Source: Armatimonadota bacterium (GTDB lineage: Bacteria; Armatimonadota; Fimbriimonadia; Fimbriimonadales; Fimbriimonadaceae). Taken from it: a stretch of DNA of 20,000 bases. The position numbers and the translations under genes were made by a program. Positions 1-8,137 of this stretch are shown piece by piece. Each line of letters opens with the position of its first letter. Positions within the stretch are counted from its first letter, which is position 1. The notes under the pieces are model-generated. The model was not told the origin of the DNA, made no database searches, and was given only the letters and a program-made list of their open reading frames with translations. The stretch spans positions 50,753 through 70,752 of the forward strand of contig JANNQV010000035.1 in the NCBI GenBank assembly GCA_031400935.1, in the 5' to 3' direction.

Positions 1-162
1 GTCCAGAATGACGTAAAGGTCGGCGCTGTGGTCTCCCTTCCGAATCATAACGTCTCTAGCTGCAAACACTTCATAGGTGCCCAGCTCTGAAATTTCTTGG
101 ATTACCGAATCGGGCAAGCCGACAACGAGAAAGTTGTTTCGAAAGACGTCCATCTGTTCCAT
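1..162 (-). CDS. Cyclic nucleotide-binding (cNMP/Crp-like) domain protein, 5' part only; runs off the left edge
   Basis: Manual minus-strand translation: MEQMDVFRNNFLVVGLPDSVIQEISELGTYEVFAARDVMIRKGDHSADLYVILD, matching the cNMP N-terminus (F..G..I...GD....LY.I..G). In-frame ATGs at 153/162/171; 162 chosen because CACAAT lies 7 nt upstream. Not in the ORF track. Confidence 0.75.
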   Translation of the reverse strand, partial: MEQMDVFRNNFLVVGLPDSVIQEISELGTYEVFAARDVMIRKGDHSADLYVILD

Positions 163-185
163 CTGAAACATTGTGAACGATTTTT

Positions 186-287
186 GGGAGTTCGCGGGCT
201 TGACAGCTCTTCAACTCGTATTTCGTTACTCGTTATTCGCGAATAACGAGTAACGAGACTTCTGCGCGGTCCAGCCCGCGCACCCCC
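186..287. repeat. Nested palindromic intergenic element: perfect 34-bp palindrome (223-256) flanked by a degenerate inverted REP-like pair
   Basis: TCGTTACTCGTTATTCGCGAATAACGAGTAACGA is its own reverse complement. GGGAGTTCGCGGGCTTGAC (from 186) resembles the reverse complement of GCGCGGTCCAGCCCGCGCACCCC (about 264-286). Confidence 0.75.
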
Positions 288-290
288 AAA

Positions 291-836
291 TCAAGCAAAC
301 GGATACGCCGCTCGTTTTTGCGCCCGCAAGACCTCATAAGCCATGATTGCCGCTTCAATTTCTTCCATGTGTTCCCGAGCGTAAGCGATTGCCGAAGAAA
401 GTTGCCCGGTGGTCATGCCGGGGAAAGATTCGGTCAAACGATCCAGAGAGCCAAGCTTGCGATACTCCCGGAGGACTTCCCAAACCGGAACCTGCGTATC
501 TTCGACCATTGCGCCTCGATCCGATTCAACGATTTGAGCTTGAGAAATAGCCCATGAAGCTTCGCGGTATTGCTCGACTCTTTCAGCTATTTCTTCTGCG
601 GTTAAACCCAAGAAAGTTGCGGCATCAACCACGCGAAGTTCAGCTTGTTCAACTGCCGAAACAGCCAATTCAGCCCTTAATGCCGGATACATTGTCCAAA
701 CTGTATTGAGAATGGTTTCAAGCCTTTCCGGGTCAAACCGGGCTAGACGCAGCAATTGCGAGAGTTGCCATGGTTCATATTTAGTCCAAAGATTGCCACC
801 GATTTCTACTTTTTTCGCACTTTTCGTTTCTTTCAA
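291..836 (-). CDS. DUF433 domain protein (antitoxin-like, N-terminal HTH-like region)
   Basis: C-terminal GAMVEDTQVPVWEVLREYRKLGSLDRLTESFPGMTTGQLSSAIAYAREH fits the DUF433 pattern. TTG start preceded by AAAGGA. Confidence 0.75.
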   Translation of the reverse strand: MKETKSAKKVEIGGNLWTKYEPWQLSQLLRLARFDPERLETILNTVWTMYPALRAELAVSAVEQAELRVVDAATFLGLTAEEIAERVEQYREASWAISQAQIVESDRGAMVEDTQVPVWEVLREYRKLGSLDRLTESFPGMTTGQLSSAIAYAREHMEEIEAAIMAYEVLRAQKRAAYPFA

Positions 837-995
837 GTTTCTAATCCTTTGACAGCAAGTTGTTTCAGAGCTATATCGCCTTTATGTTAATCGGCAAATG
901 GGGACTTTTTTGAAGGTTCGTCCGTGATTCAATCAATTCGTCGTCGTAATTCGTTCTAAATTGGGCTTGGGTTTGCTACAATCTGTATCAAGTCT

Positions 996-1343
996 ATGTT
1001 TGCCCTTAACTTTTATTCGGACCTCTACGGCGAAGTATTGAGGAATCATCGCAAAACCTGTACGATTCGCTTGGGAAACAAAGGCGAAAAGTACCAAACC
1101 GGCATGATTGTCTGGGTTACAGTCGGTCCAAGATTCGGAAGAAGGCAAAAACTTTACTCGGCAATCATTGATCGTGTCGAAGTAAAACTGGTTTCCGAAC
1201 TAAGTCCCAGGGACATTGAAAGAGAAGGGCCGGAACTTAGGAGTCACGACGATGTGATCGAATTACTTTCTAGAATTTATGGCGACTTTGTGACGCCCCA
1301 ACACACGATTACGGTCATCTATTTTTCCAGAGTTGACGAGTAG
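996..1343 (+). CDS. ASCH (PUA-superfamily) domain protein, YqfB-like
   Basis: L.F...Y...L...RKTCTIR motif, G...V.V strand and ELS..DI.REG segment typical of ASCH domains; 115 aa. Confidence 0.8.
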   Translation: MFALNFYSDLYGEVLRNHRKTCTIRLGNKGEKYQTGMIVWVTVGPRFGRRQKLYSAIIDRVEVKLVSELSPRDIEREGPELRSHDDVIELLSRIYGDFVTPQHTITVIYFSRVDE

Positions 1344-1360
1344 TTCGCCCGGAGAAACTT

Positions 1361-1924
1361 TTGGACGTTGCAGCTCTGCCTTATAAGATTGGACAACTTG
1401 TCGAAGGCGAATGGATAGAATTTCGGCACTCCAATCGCTATTTTCCAGACTCAAGCGAAGGCGAACTTGCCTTGAAGGTCGGTGCTAGCCGTCCTTTCGA
1501 GCTTTTCATGCTGCTTGCAAAAAACTTGACAGCACCTGTTTCGTTGCTTGTTGTCTATCACTCTCCGAGAACCGAGAGCGAGGCCGCAAGGTACCAATTC
1601 TCCGGCTTAGAAATTGGACAACTCCAAACTTTTCTTCATAAATACCGAGCCGCTTTTGATCGGGATTCGCGAGCCGATTTGTGGCTAGTTTCTGAAGATG
1701 GAAGCGTTCGAATTGGATGGGAGAAGCACGATCTGATTTATGTATTCGGTCAAATTGATCTTGTCCAAGAATCATTGATCAGTTTAGGATTTGAATCTGG
1801 TGATTCGGATCTTCCGTTTCCTCACACTCACCATTATCATGAGGAATTCGATTTTGACTTCCAAGCGATGTTAGGGGAATTTGACTGGACAAAATCGCCT
1901 CTTGAGCCTGGGGATGGGGATTAG
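1361..1924 (+). CDS. Hypothetical protein
   Basis: 187-aa ORF with GGAGA RBS before a TTG start, 17 nt after the ASCH gene. Motifs WEKHDLIYVFG and PFPHTHHYHEEFD look conserved but no family recognised. Confidence 0.7.
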   Translation: MDVAALPYKIGQLVEGEWIEFRHSNRYFPDSSEGELALKVGASRPFELFMLLAKNLTAPVSLLVVYHSPRTESEAARYQFSGLEIGQLQTFLHKYRAAFDRDSRADLWLVSEDGSVRIGWEKHDLIYVFGQIDLVQESLISLGFESGDSDLPFPHTHHYHEEFDFDFQAMLGEFDWTKSPLEPGDGD

Positions 1925-1936
1925 GCGGGGTTATCA

Positions 1937-2078
1937 GGTCATTGGGTGATTGGGTCATTGGGTGTTTGTTGTTGGTTATCGGTTTTCGGTTCCAATATGT
2001 CCTAAGTCCCCCATAAGTCCAATATGTCTTATCAACCACAAGCCACGACCGCGAACAACTAACAACCAACAACCGACA
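1937..2078. repeat. Mosaic of short tandem repeats (8-, 7- and about 9-mers)
   Basis: GGTCATTG-GGTGATTG-GGTCATTG-GGTGTTTG; TTGTTGG-TTATCGG-TTTTCGG; CCAATATGT..CCCATAAGT-CCAATATGT; then opposite-orientation AACAACT-AACAACC-AACAACC. Confidence 0.7.
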
Positions 2079-2112
2079 CTAAGAACTTCCCCAAGATCAG
2101 CAATAATCACTC

Positions 2113-3087
2113 GTGCCCATTCTAGAAGTCAAAGACCTCATCCTCGAGATTTCGGGAAACCGAATCTTGCATGGCATTGATTTGACTCTCGAAGAGGGCA
2201 AAACTCACGGCGTTGTCGGCGAATCGGGTTGCGGGAAATCAATGACCGGATTTGCGATCATGGGCATGCTGCCACCAGGAGGAAAAATTGTCTCAGGTTC
2301 GATTCAGCTTGAAGGAAGAGAACTAACCACGCTGCACAGAAGGGAATGGCCCCAAATTCGAGGAAGTCAGATTGCGCTGGTGATGCAAGACCCTTTTACA
2401 AGTTTGAACCCCATGATGCGGGTCGGAGATCAGATTGCTGAAGCGATTTGGCTCCATCGTAAAGTCAAAAGATCGCAGGCCAAAAAAGAGGCAATTGAAC
2501 TGATTGATAAAGTCGGAGTGCCTTCTCCCGGAACTTCAGCGCGAAAATATCCGCATCAAATGTCAGGCGGGCAACGGCAAAGAATTGTTATTGCCATTGC
2601 ATTTGCTTGTCGGCCAAAAGTGCTCATTGCAGATGAGCCAACTACAGCACTCGATGTAACTCTGCAGGCTCAAATCCTGCGGCTTTTGGTTGATTTGCAA
2701 AGGGACGAAGGCACGGCCGTCATGCTGATTTCCCACGATATCGGAGTCATCGGCGCGATGGCAGAGCGGATATCCGTGTTTTACGCTGGCGGAGTTGTCG
2801 AGTTGGGAACGGCAGAGCAGGTATTGCGCTCGCCCACGCACCCATACACTCAAGCTCTCTTGGATGCGATGCCGCGAGTTGGACAGGAAGAACTGCGCTC
2901 CATTTCCGGCCAGCCGCCTGATTTGTCGAATCTGCCACCCGGTTGCCCATTTGCTCCCCGGTGCGTTTCCAAATTTGAGAAATGCGAAGTGAAACCCGAC
3001 CTAACGCGCGGTAAAGACGCGCATTCTTCCGCCTGTTGGCTCGTTCAAGACACGACGCGCGTTTCGTCCAAAGAAATTCCTTTCTAA
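2113..3087 (+). CDS. oppD: Oligopeptide/dipeptide ABC transporter ATP-binding subunit (OppD/DppD family)
   Basis: Walker A GESGCGKS, Q-loop MQDPFTSLNP, signature YPHQMSGGQRQR, Walker B LIADEPTTALDV, C-terminal HPYT and GCPFAPRC..C..ACW extension. Confidence 0.93.
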   Translation: MPILEVKDLILEISGNRILHGIDLTLEEGKTHGVVGESGCGKSMTGFAIMGMLPPGGKIVSGSIQLEGRELTTLHRREWPQIRGSQIALVMQDPFTSLNPMMRVGDQIAEAIWLHRKVKRSQAKKEAIELIDKVGVPSPGTSARKYPHQMSGGQRQRIVIAIAFACRPKVLIADEPTTALDVTLQAQILRLLVDLQRDEGTAVMLISHDIGVIGAMAERISVFYAGGVVELGTAEQVLRSPTHPYTQALLDAMPRVGQEELRSISGQPPDLSNLPPGCPFAPRCVSKFEKCEVKPDLTRGKDAHSSACWLVQDTTRVSSKEIPF

Positions 3088-3349
3088 AATTGTATGCATT
3101 GAAGGAAATCGCTTTATGGAGCGCGGAGCCACTCGCACCACAGAACTCAGACAATTGCAGATAGAACTCCGCATCTCGGTCCGCGGAGCCGCTCTTACGC
3201 GAGTTTCCCGACAACCATTGTTTAAGCTCCGCAAAAGTGCGCTGTCCTACTCGATTATCCAGTTTTTGAACCCAACGAACACCGCATTACGGATTCTGGA
3301 GACCTCGCTTCCGAGAATCCAAGAATCACCGTAGAACTCCAACTAAAGG

Positions 3350-3355
3350 TAAAGT
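3350..3355 (+). promoter_or_regulatory. Putative -10 box of a leaderless purM promoter
   Basis: ggTAAAGT lies 6 nt before the ATG at 3362; no convincing SD sequence. Confidence 0.55.
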
Positions 3356-3361
3356 CAACCC

Positions 3362-4402
3362 ATGCCGGAAGAGACCTTGACTTACCGAGATTCGGGCGTG
3401 AACATTGACGAAGCCCATCGCGCGCTTCGCGCGGTGTTGCCCAGCATTCAAGCCACATACAACGAATCGGTGGTAACTGGCGTCGGCGGCTTCGGCGGCC
3501 TTTTTCAGCTTCAGATCGGCGAAATGCAGAGGCCGCTTTTGGTTTCCAGCATTGATGGAGTCGGGACCAAAACCAAGGTCGCAGCAATGGTCGGCGACTT
3601 TAAAGGGCTCGGCCACGATATAGTCAACCATTGCGTAAACGATATTCTTTGCCAAGGCGCAAAGCCGCTTTTCTTCCTCGATTATTTCGGCACGAGCAGG
3701 CTCAGCGGATTGGTTTTTGAAGATGTGGTAACCGGCGCGGCAGATGCCTGCGCGGCTGTTGGAGCGGTTTTAATCGGCGGAGAAACCGCAGAGCTCCCTG
3801 GCGTTTACCACGATGAAGAAGTGGATATTGTGGGCTCTATAGTGGGGATTGTGGATTACGATTTGCGCCTGCCAAGGCAGAAAATGACGTCGGGATGCGC
3901 TGTGATCGGAATTGCGAGCGATGGGCTGCATACCAACGGTTTTTCTTTGGCGAGAAGGGCGCTTTTTGAGGTTGGGGGATTGAGCACCCGGGATGAAGTG
4001 CCGGGGCTAAGCTCAACCATCGGCGAAGAGCTGATTCGGCCGCATCGCTGCTATTTCAATTCGGTTTATCCGATGCTGCAAGATGGCACTCCCATCTATG
4101 CGCTGGCGCACATCACCGGCGGCGGGCTGTATGACAACGTCCCGCGCGTGCTTCCATCCGATATTCAAGTGGTTTTGGAGCGCCGGTCTTGGTCTCCGCT
4201 GCCCATTTTCAGGCTGATCCAAGAGGTTGGCAACATCGGCGATGCTGAAATGTTCCGGTCGTTCAACATGGGAATCGGGATGGTAATGATCGCTGAGCGC
4301 GACGCGGCGCTAGGGATTGTGCAAAGGCTGAACGCGGCTGGCGAATGGGCTGCTGTGATCGGGGAGACTCAGAACGGGCCTCATGATGTTCAGATAGCGT
4401 GA
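3362..4402 (+). CDS. purM: Phosphoribosylformylglycinamidine cyclo-ligase (AIR synthetase)
   Basis: TYRDSGVNI, GGFGGLF, DGVGTK, VNDILCQGAKPLFFLDY, GGETAELPG, GLHTNGFSL, AHITGGG and FNMGIGM motifs. Confidence 0.97.
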   Translation: MPEETLTYRDSGVNIDEAHRALRAVLPSIQATYNESVVTGVGGFGGLFQLQIGEMQRPLLVSSIDGVGTKTKVAAMVGDFKGLGHDIVNHCVNDILCQGAKPLFFLDYFGTSRLSGLVFEDVVTGAADACAAVGAVLIGGETAELPGVYHDEEVDIVGSIVGIVDYDLRLPRQKMTSGCAVIGIASDGLHTNGFSLARRALFEVGGLSTRDEVPGLSSTIGEELIRPHRCYFNSVYPMLQDGTPIYALAHITGGGLYDNVPRVLPSDIQVVLERRSWSPLPIFRLIQEVGNIGDAEMFRSFNMGIGMVMIAERDAALGIVQRLNAAGEWAAVIGETQNGPHDVQIA

Positions 4403-4446
4403 GGGAATGCAGAATGCGCTTTCGCTCCAAAAGTTCATTGATACGG

Positions 4447-4452
4447 TAGACT
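4447..4452 (+). promoter_or_regulatory. Putative -10 box of a leaderless rhuM promoter
   Basis: ggTAGACT lies 7 nt before the ATG at 4460. Confidence 0.5.
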
Positions 4453-4459
4453 GTTGTCT

Positions 4460-5485
4460 ATGAGCGAAGCGAGTTTTCTGCTCTATGAGGAATCACCGGG
4501 CGTACCTCGAATTCTCGTTCGAGTCGAGGACGAAACTGTTTGGCTGTCTCAAGCCCAGATGGTTGCGCTTTTCCAAACTACAAAGCAAAACGTCAGCCTA
4601 CACATTCGAAACATTTTTGAGGAAGGAGAGCTCGATGATATCTCAGTTGTCAAGGAATACTTGACAACTGCCTCAGATGGAAAGGATTACAGTGTCCTCC
4701 ACTACAACCTCGATGTCATCATTTCTGTCGGTTATCGAGTGAAGTCCCATGTGGGTACGCAATTTCGAATCTGGGCAACTCAGCGATTGAGGGAATACAT
4801 CGTCAAGGGCTTTACCTTGGATGATGCGCGGCTAAAGGAACAGGCAACAGTAACGTATTACTTTGACGAGCTGCTCGAACGCATTCGCGATATTCGCAGT
4901 TCGGAAAAGCTGCTTTACAAACGCGTTCGCGAAATTTGCGCTTTGAGTGTGGACTACAGTTCGGATTCAGCCGACTCTAGGAATTTCTTTGCAACCGTTC
5001 AGAACAAGCTTCATTTTGCAGTTTCTGGAATGACCGCCGCAGAAATTGTAAAGGCTCGTGCCGACTCCAAAGAGCCCAATATGGGGCTGACTTCGTTTAG
5101 CGGCGCTGCCGTTCGCAAAAAGGATGTTGCAGTCGCGAAGAATTATCTCCAAAAGGATGAGATAGAGACGTTGAACTTGTTAGTCGTCCAATTCCTCGAT
5201 TTTGCAGAGCTGCAAGCTAGGCGTCAACATCCGATTCAAATGGCAGAGTGGACGGTAAAGCTGGACGATATTTTGCGGCTGAATAGCTTCCAATTGCTAA
5301 ACGACGCGGGCAGAGTTTCTGCAAAAGTGTCGGAAGAGTTTGCGCACGATCAGTTTTCATCTTTCGAAGAGCGAAGAAACGAGGAAAAACGCAAGAAACT
5401 TGAGGCATCGCCGGACATTGATGAACTAGGGTCGAAAGCCGCTTCGCTGCTTGAGGGTAGAGCGAAAAAGAGCAGCAAGAAATGA
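4460..5485 (+). CDS. rhuM: Virulence RhuM family DNA-binding protein
   Basis: ETVWLSQAQM..LF......S.HI.NIF.EGEL, YNLDVIISVGYRVKS..GTQFRIWAT..L.EYIVKGF..DD.RLK, RIRDIRSSE and FFATVQNKLH motifs. ATG 4460 preferred over TTG 4454. Confidence 0.92.
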   Translation: MSEASFLLYEESPGVPRILVRVEDETVWLSQAQMVALFQTTKQNVSLHIRNIFEEGELDDISVVKEYLTTASDGKDYSVLHYNLDVIISVGYRVKSHVGTQFRIWATQRLREYIVKGFTLDDARLKEQATVTYYFDELLERIRDIRSSEKLLYKRVREICALSVDYSSDSADSRNFFATVQNKLHFAVSGMTAAEIVKARADSKEPNMGLTSFSGAAVRKKDVAVAKNYLQKDEIETLNLLVVQFLDFAELQARRQHPIQMAEWTVKLDDILRLNSFQLLNDAGRVSAKVSEEFAHDQFSSFEERRNEEKRKKLEASPDIDELGSKAASLLEGRAKKSSKK

Positions 5486-5514
5486 GGCAGATGTTCCTTG
5501 TGTTTCAACTTGAT

Positions 5515-6432
5515 TCATGCGATGAATTTATTCTTGTTATGCCAAAGTAATTTGCTCTCGCTTGGCTGATCACGCTCAATTTTGGGCCAAACTTTCAATT
5601 GCTTGTTCTCCAGAGCGTAATAGTCCCGACCGTTGTCAAAACGGTCACGAATAGCTGGACTAACTCTTACTTGATACTCCGGCGTTATCGTAATCAACCC
5701 ACGATCGAACAGAAGGTGGAGGTCTGCACGTAACAGGAGTCCATTGGAGACTTCATGAGTTCGAGCCTCAGAATAGGGTTGGATGTGAGCAGCTTCCAAT
5801 GCTGGCAAAGTTCGTTCGCCCGTTATTGCGCAACGCCTTTCATAAGCCTCGGTAACTAAAATTCGAAATGCCCCTTGACCAATTCTAACATTCGTCAATT
5901 GCTGAACGTAAGCCTCACTGATTCCTGGGGAATGCAATGAGACAGGAGTGCCACGGAGCCGTTCAGCAACACGCACAAAGACCTCAGAACCAAATTCAGA
6001 ATCGCTTCCGTAGGACTTGCCCTGGACAATATTAGGCTTCCAATCTGCAGGAGCAGGTATCCAGTCATGCTCTTCCAAAAAGAACGGCTCACTGAGTACC
6101 ACGCATCCTACTGTGGGATCATCAAACACAGTGAAGTCCTTCCGCCTGAAATGCGATACTCGTTCGGCAAAAGCGGGTAGGTCAGGTACTCCGTTTGCTC
6201 TGCCAAAGGCATCCCAAGCCAATGAAATTGGAAGAAATGAGAAGTTGGTGAAGAATCCGCCGCCAACAATGTAGTTTATTGGGCTCTTCAGCTTGAACAA
6301 AAAGAGCTCGTTCTGTTTCAGGACTCTGAATGTTGTTTCACCACCAGGTTTCCAGAAGTTAATGTCTTCGTGTGATTCACGTCTAAGCTGTTCGAACCAA
6401 TTACGATCAGTTAGGCCAACGTAGACGCTCAT
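5515..6432 (-). CDS. HNH endonuclease (putative restriction endonuclease) with an N-terminal EVE/PUA-like domain
   Basis: R.GQGAFR..V..AY.RRCAITG....LEAAHI.PY.....EVSNGLLLRADLH.LFDRGLI HNH motif; N-terminal INFWKP...LFLFKLKSP..YIVGGGFF. Confidence 0.9.
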   Translation of the reverse strand: MSVYVGLTDRNWFEQLRRESHEDINFWKPGGETTFRVLKQNELFLFKLKSPINYIVGGGFFTNFSFLPISLAWDAFGRANGVPDLPAFAERVSHFRRKDFTVFDDPTVGCVVLSEPFFLEEHDWIPAPADWKPNIVQGKSYGSDSEFGSEVFVRVAERLRGTPVSLHSPGISEAYVQQLTNVRIGQGAFRILVTEAYERRCAITGERTLPALEAAHIQPYSEARTHEVSNGLLLRADLHLLFDRGLITITPEYQVRVSPAIRDRFDNGRDYYALENKQLKVWPKIERDQPSESKLLWHNKNKFIA

Positions 6433-6435
6433 CGC

Positions 6436-6933
6436 TCATTCACCTGCCTTAAATTTCGCAAGCAAAGACCAGGGAACTTCACGAAGTTTAGTGGCAAGAT
6501 CTTTTACATCCGTTGGTGCAATCTCAGTCAGATCAAAGTAGATCCGACTACCTTGAAGGCCACCCATTGAGTCGTATACAAAGTCGGTCTGGCTAAGCTG
6601 AGATTGCAAGAAGACCAAACAAGGTCGCTCATTGCGTCGTGTTTTTGCCCGCACTTCTTCAGCTCTTTCCATTGCTGCAGCATCGTCGATGTCGCCAAAT
6701 TTCCAAAGGACTTCGTCTGGACCAACTTTATGCAGCTTGATGCACGCACTAACGACCCCGATGTACTTTGCGCCATTACTCACGTAATTTGCGATGTATT
6801 TGGCGGGATAGTGCTTGTACGAGGGGACAAACCCGTCTTCGGTAGCAGGGCAACAGTACATTTTGTGCTCGACAAAGTCCATGGGCCACTTAGCCATGTT
6901 GACAACAACCATTCGGTTTTCAGGAACACTCAT
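6436..6933 (-). CDS. Hypothetical protein, possible PUA/EVE-like nucleic-acid reader domain
   Basis: 165-aa ORF with 3-nt gaps to both prfA and the HNH gene; aromatic beta-rich pattern MYCCP...YKHYPAKYIANY....KYIGVV. The fold is inference. Confidence 0.7.
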   Translation of the reverse strand: MSVPENRMVVVNMAKWPMDFVEHKMYCCPATEDGFVPSYKHYPAKYIANYVSNGAKYIGVVSACIKLHKVGPDEVLWKFGDIDDAAAMERAEEVRAKTRRNERPCLVFLQSQLSQTDFVYDSMGGLQGSRIYFDLTEIAPTDVKDLATKLREVPWSLLAKFKAGE

Positions 6934-6936
6934 ATC

Positions 6937-7998
6937 TCACTCCAATCCCTCCCCCAACTTCCTCGCCTGATCTTCTTGAATCAGGGCATCTATCATCTCT
7001 TGGATATCGCCGTCCATAAACGCCACCGTGTTATGGACATCCACCTTGATTCTGTGGTCGGTGATTCGGCTTTGAGGGAAGTTGTAGGTTCGAATCTTTT
7101 CGCTTCTATCGCCCGAACCGATCTGCGAGCGGCGGTCGGCGGCTTGAGCCTGCTCGGCCCTCAATCTTTCCGCTTCAACCAGCTTTGAAGCCAGCACCTG
7201 CAGCGCGCGGAGCTTGTTTTGGGTTTGGCTGCGCTCGTCTTGGCAGGTGACGATGGTGCCGGTCGGCTTGTGGATGATTCGGATCGCGGTCTCCACCTTT
7301 TGCACGTTTTGGCCGCCCGCAGAACTCGCCCGGTAAGTACTGATCTCCAGGTCCTTTTCGTCAATCTTCACATCGTTGACTTCCACTTCGGGAAGCACTG
7401 CAACGGTGACCGTTGAAGTGTGGATTCGGCCGCCTGATTCCGTTTTTGGAACCCGCTGAACCCGGTGGACTCCGCTTTCAAATTTGAGCTGGCTGTAGGC
7501 TCCTGGCGCGTTAACCGTGAAGCAAACATAGCTCGCCCCGCCGATGCCGGTGTCTTCCAGATCAACGACTTCGTACTTCCATTTTTTGCGCTCTGAATAG
7601 CGGGTGTACATGCGGAAAAGCTCAAAAGTAAAGAGCGCGGCTTCATCGCCTCCGGCGGCTGGGCGGATTTCGATGATGACGGGCTTGTCATCATTGGGGT
7701 CTTTAGGAATCAGGTGAACCTTGATGTCGGCTTCAAGCTTTGTGATCGTCGTTTCTAAGGTTGCCAGTTCTTCTTGAGCCATTTCCCGCATGTCGGGGTC
7801 GTCAAGCATCGCCTTTGCTTCAGCTTGCTCGCTGAGTGCCCTTTTATAGCTGCGAATCGTTGTGACTACGGGATCAAGCTCAGAGCGAAGCTTTCCCAAT
7901 CGCTGCAGCTCGCTGATTTGAGAGGTGATATTGGGGTCTTGAAGCTGCTGTTCGACGAGTTCGAACCGCTTCTCGATTTCGCCGAGTTTGTCCAGCAT
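6937..7998 (-). CDS. prfA: Peptide chain release factor 1
   Basis: GGQ motif (ASSAGGQNV), RF1 PxT specificity motif (RVPKTESGGRIHTS), GDRSEKIRTYNFPQSRITDHR. Confidence 0.97.
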   Translation of the reverse strand: MLDKLGEIEKRFELVEQQLQDPNITSQISELQRLGKLRSELDPVVTTIRSYKRALSEQAEAKAMLDDPDMREMAQEELATLETTITKLEADIKVHLIPKDPNDDKPVIIEIRPAAGGDEAALFTFELFRMYTRYSERKKWKYEVVDLEDTGIGGASYVCFTVNAPGAYSQLKFESGVHRVQRVPKTESGGRIHTSTVTVAVLPEVEVNDVKIDEKDLEISTYRASSAGGQNVQKVETAIRIIHKPTGTIVTCQDERSQTQNKLRALQVLASKLVEAERLRAEQAQAADRRSQIGSGDRSEKIRTYNFPQSRITDHRIKVDVHNTVAFMDGDIQEMIDALIQEDQARKLGEGLE

Positions 7999-8007
7999 GT
8001 AGGTTCA

Positions 8008-8013
8008 ATTGTA
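8008..8013 (-). promoter_or_regulatory. Putative -10 box of a prfA promoter (leaderless or very short leader)
   Basis: ggTACAAT on the minus strand, 9 nt before the ATG at 7998. Confidence 0.5.
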
Positions 8014-8034
8014 CCGGTTATCGGCGCAAATTAG

Positions 8035-8081
8035 CCCCCTCCATGTTCGAGGAACGAGAATGAGGAGGGGGTTGGGGGTGG
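8035..8081. repeat. REP-like hairpin of the CCCCTCC...GGAGGGG-TTGGGGGTGG type
   Basis: CCCCCTCC (8035-8042) pairs with GGAGGGGG (8064-8071), followed by TTGGGGGTGG. A related copy in the opposite orientation is at 14670-14713. Confidence 0.6.
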
Positions 8082-8137
8082 AGTCAAGTATGTTCGCAAA
8101 GGAAAATCTAAGGAGATATCCCGTAAACTCCTACTCA

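Noticed and set aside
2113..3087. Orphan oppD as a novelty
   Set aside because: Scattered ABC transporter subunits are common; the partners are probably elsewhere in the genome.
3088..3349. ncRNA/riboswitch or 72-aa ORF upstream of purM
   Set aside because: Only scattered GCGGAGC/GCTCCGC fragments, probably decayed REPs. No recognisable riboswitch consensus, and purM appears leaderless. An Rfam search would settle it.
6604..7188. 194-aa + strand ORF and other long antisense ORFs (2747-3214, 17854-18411)
   Set aside because: Antisense shadows of well-supported genes, with no recognisable motifs.
8009..8137. N-terminal extension of UbiD given by the ORF track (likewise 10037, 13570, 16178, 16951, 18010 starts)
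   Set aside because: These extensions cross repeats, promoters or neighbouring genes; downstream starts fit family N-termini, -10/RBS signals or stop-start overlaps.
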